The position numbers and the translations under genes were made by a program. DNA of 64,000 bases from contig CBDCDZ010000004.1 in NCBI GenBank assembly GCA_965215565.1, forward strand, positions 2,176,001-2,240,000, given 5' to 3'. Under the pieces are notes generated by a model that was given only the letters and a program-made list of their open reading frames with translations, was not told the DNA's origin and searched no databases. This document shows positions 61,753 through 64,000 of the stretch, piece by piece. Origin of the DNA: Trueperaceae bacterium (GTDB taxonomy: Bacteria; Deinococcota; Deinococci; Deinococcales; Trueperaceae). Every line of letters starts with the position of its first letter. Within the stretch, counting starts at the first letter, position 1.

Positions 61753-63605
61753 GGTTCCTCCACGTTGCGCTGCTCTCGCTAGTTTTAGGAAGTCTACCAC
61801 TTGGTCACGTTCAGGAGACGCAAGCACCCGAGGAAACACAGGAGCAGGCGAGCCAGACCTCATTAGAGGCGCAACGCGCCGAACTGAGCGCCCGCGAGAA
61901 TGTTCTGGCGGAAGCGCGCGCCGCTTTAGAGCCCCAAAGAGCGGAGGTGAGGCGGCGGCGCGCCCTACTGAATCAGCAGCTCGCCGCGCTAGACGCGCAG
62001 GAGATGGCGCTGCAACTCTTAGAGGAGACCCTAGCCGAGCAGGAGAACGTCTCGGCGGCGCAGCGTGAAGCCGCCGAGTTGCAGCGTCAAGCCCTCGAAG
62101 CACAGCGGGCTGCGTTGGCGAATCAGATCGAAGAGGTCGAAGCGTTGGAGGCGGACCTCGCAGCGCGAGAGGAACAACTCGCGGCGCAAGAAGCTGAGTT
62201 GCAAGGGCTCCGTGACGAGGTGGCGCAAGCGGAAGAGGCGGCGGCGCGGTGGCGCGAAGCGGCGCAGGAGGCGCAGCGCGAACTGCTCGAGTCCCTGCTC
62301 GTCACGTTGGAGAGCAACCCGCGCTACCTCGCTGCGCAAGCCGCAGTCGAGGCGGCTGAGGCGCAGCTAAGCGCAGCGTATAACCCCGCGTCCTTGACGG
62401 TGGAGGGAAGCTATACGAACGTTGACGCCGACGATATTCCCCAAGCTCCCGGCGGGGCGACGCCGCAACTTCAGCAGATGCAACCCGAACCAGAGCCCGG
62501 ACAAGAACAGCCCGGTGGCGGGTCAGCAAGCAACTCGTACGACCTCTCCGCCACTGCGACGTTTCGCCCTTTTCCCTTCGGCGACACCGCCGACTTAGTG
62601 CGTCAGCAGGAGTTGGCGCTGGAGAACGCGGTGCTCGACTTTCGCGAGACGGTAGCGAGCTTGCAAGGGCAAGCGTTGGAGTCCGCCTTGCAGTTCCGGT
62701 TAGCGCGCCAGTCCGTCGATTTAGCGGATAACACTTTGGAGGCGGCGCGTTCGGCTTTGGAGGCGACGCAGACGCGCGCCGAGCGGGGCGCGGCGAACGC
62801 GCGCGAGTTGCGAGACGCTGAGGCGAACTTTCAGGAGTCGGAGAACTTCTTTGAGAACGCGCAGGCGAACTTAGAACTTGCCCGCTTGAGCTTACGCACG
62901 CTCGATTTGGAGAACTTTACGGTGGCGCTCAGCGCCGCCTCGGACGAAGACATCGACGCACTGCTCGCGCTGCCGCGCGTTTCGGAAGGATTACCGCTGT
63001 CGGTCTTACGCTCGAGGGTCTCCTCCGCACAAGCCGCCATCGGCGTAGGGTCAGCGCAGCGCGACCTCATCCCCACCGCGCAAGCCTCGTACAGCTATAA
63101 CTTGGACGACCGAAGCTCCCTAAGCGCCTCCCTCGAGTCGCGCACGCTGCAACCGAGCGTGAGCTACAGCTATCAGGACCCCGAACGTTCGCTGCCCGAA
63201 AGCGCCGTCAACGGCGTGTTCCGTGCCAGTATCTCGGCGAGCATCTCGTTTGGCGTGTTCGACGAAATCAGCGCGGCGCAGGCGCAGCGGCGTTCGGCTG
63301 AGGCGGGCATCGTAGCGGCGCAGGAGAACGCGGAGCTGCAACTCGTCTCGCTCACCAACGCGCTGAACGAGGCGGAGCGCACAGTGGACTTAGAGCGCAT
63401 CCAGTTCCGCAACGCGCAACGCGCCTTTGAAGAGAACCGGCAGCGCCAGGAGCTAGGGCTCATCACGCCTCTAGAGACGCAGCAGGCGTTGGTCGAACTG
63501 CTCCAAGCCGACATCGAACTGCGCCAAGCGCGTTTTAGCGCCCTACAAGCGCTTTTAGACCTTTACGAATTCTACGCCCTGCCCCCCTCGGAGGTGCTGC
63601 TATGA
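61749..63605 (+). CDS. TolC-like outer-membrane efflux protein with a long N-terminal coiled coil
   Basis: Signal peptide, ~150 aa E/Q/A/R heptad region, then OEP-like helical repeats. Confidence 0.75.
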   Translation: MRFLHVALLSLVLGSLPLGHVQETQAPEETQEQASQTSLEAQRAELSARENVLAEARAALEPQRAEVRRRRALLNQQLAALDAQEMALQLLEETLAEQENVSAAQREAAELQRQALEAQRAALANQIEEVEALEADLAAREEQLAAQEAELQGLRDEVAQAEEAAARWREAAQEAQRELLESLLVTLESNPRYLAAQAAVEAAEAQLSAAYNPASLTVEGSYTNVDADDIPQAPGGATPQLQQMQPEPEPGQEQPGGGSASNSYDLSATATFRPFPFGDTADLVRQQELALENAVLDFRETVASLQGQALESALQFRLARQSVDLADNTLEAARSALEATQTRAERGAANARELRDAEANFQESENFFENAQANLELARLSLRTLDLENFTVALSAASDEDIDALLALPRVSEGLPLSVLRSRVSSAQAAIGVGSAQRDLIPTAQASYSYNLDDRSSLSASLESRTLQPSVSYSYQDPERSLPESAVNGVFRASISASISFGVFDEISAAQAQRRSAEAGIVAAQENAELQLVSLTNALNEAERTVDLERIQFRNAQRAFEENRQRQELGLITPLETQQALVELLQADIELRQARFSALQALLDLYEFYALPPSEVLL

Positions 63606-64000
63606 CGGCTACATCTATGATGCGCGCAAGCCTCCTCTTGCTCGCCCTCGGCTTGTCCTTCGCGCAGGCGCTCACTTTGGAGGAGGCGCTCTCTAGCGCC
63701 TCGGAGCGCCCCGCCGTCGCCACCGCCCGCATCGAACTGCGTGACGCGATCATCAACTCAGAGCGGACCCAGGAAGACCCCTTAGCGGTGAGAAGTGACA
63801 CTTTGCAAGCGGAGCAGCGCTTAGAACTCGCTAGAGCGAGCTTCATCCAGACCTACTACACCGCGCTGCAAGAGATCGCTTCGGCGTACACGGGCGTGCT
63901 GCAAGGGCAGAAAAGCGTCGCGGTGGCTCAAAAAGCGGCGGCGGTGAGCGAGAATTCGCTGGAGATTGCCCAAATTCGCGTGAACAACGGTAGCGGCACC
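63602..64000 (+). CDS. Second TolC-like protein (partial, runs off the window)
   Basis: ATG overlaps the previous stop; MTATSMMRASLLLLALGLSFAQALTLEEAL... is open to the window end. Confidence 0.7.
   Translation, partial: MTATSMMRASLLLLALGLSFAQALTLEEALSSASERPAVATARIELRDAIINSERTQEDPLAVRSDTLQAEQRLELARASFIQTYYTALQEIASAYTGVLQGQKSVAVAQKAAAVSENSLEIAQIRVNNGSGT

Overview
A 64-kb chromosomal window from a GC-rich bacterium, most likely Deinococcota (Truepera-like). This placement is inferred from the LysW-dependent lysine genes, the PEGA/DUF4384 and 3D-domain proteins, the Uma2 nuclease and the many leaderless-type TAnnnT-N5-7-start promoters. Housekeeping blocks include thrB-nnr, a ccdA-ccmABCDEFGHI-Rieske cluster, proC, tgt, meaB, coaD, hslO, hcs-lysTUWX, mutY, rbfA, guaB, argS, crtY, argB, a phosphomutase and marR-tolC-tolC. 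These are interleaved with small accessory patches carrying intact and decayed toxin-antitoxin genes, a stand-alone TIR gene, DinB/GNAT/Uma2 genes and a DUF4145 gene. No rRNA, tRNA, CRISPR array, integrase or transposase was seen. The most striking non-gene signal is strong over-representation of the palindrome CTCGAG (about 120 copies by hand tally). It sits exactly at the junction of a DUF433-DUF5615 TA insertion that replaced a gene's 3' end with an all-synonymous allele, and also inside two DUF433 relics. This suggests a HIP1-like, CTCGAG-focused route for gene gain and loss. The intergenic DNA also holds at least five small repeat/MITE families. One copy supplies the RBS and first ten codons of crtY, and a ~25-bp GAA-hairpin micro-element nests inside the others.
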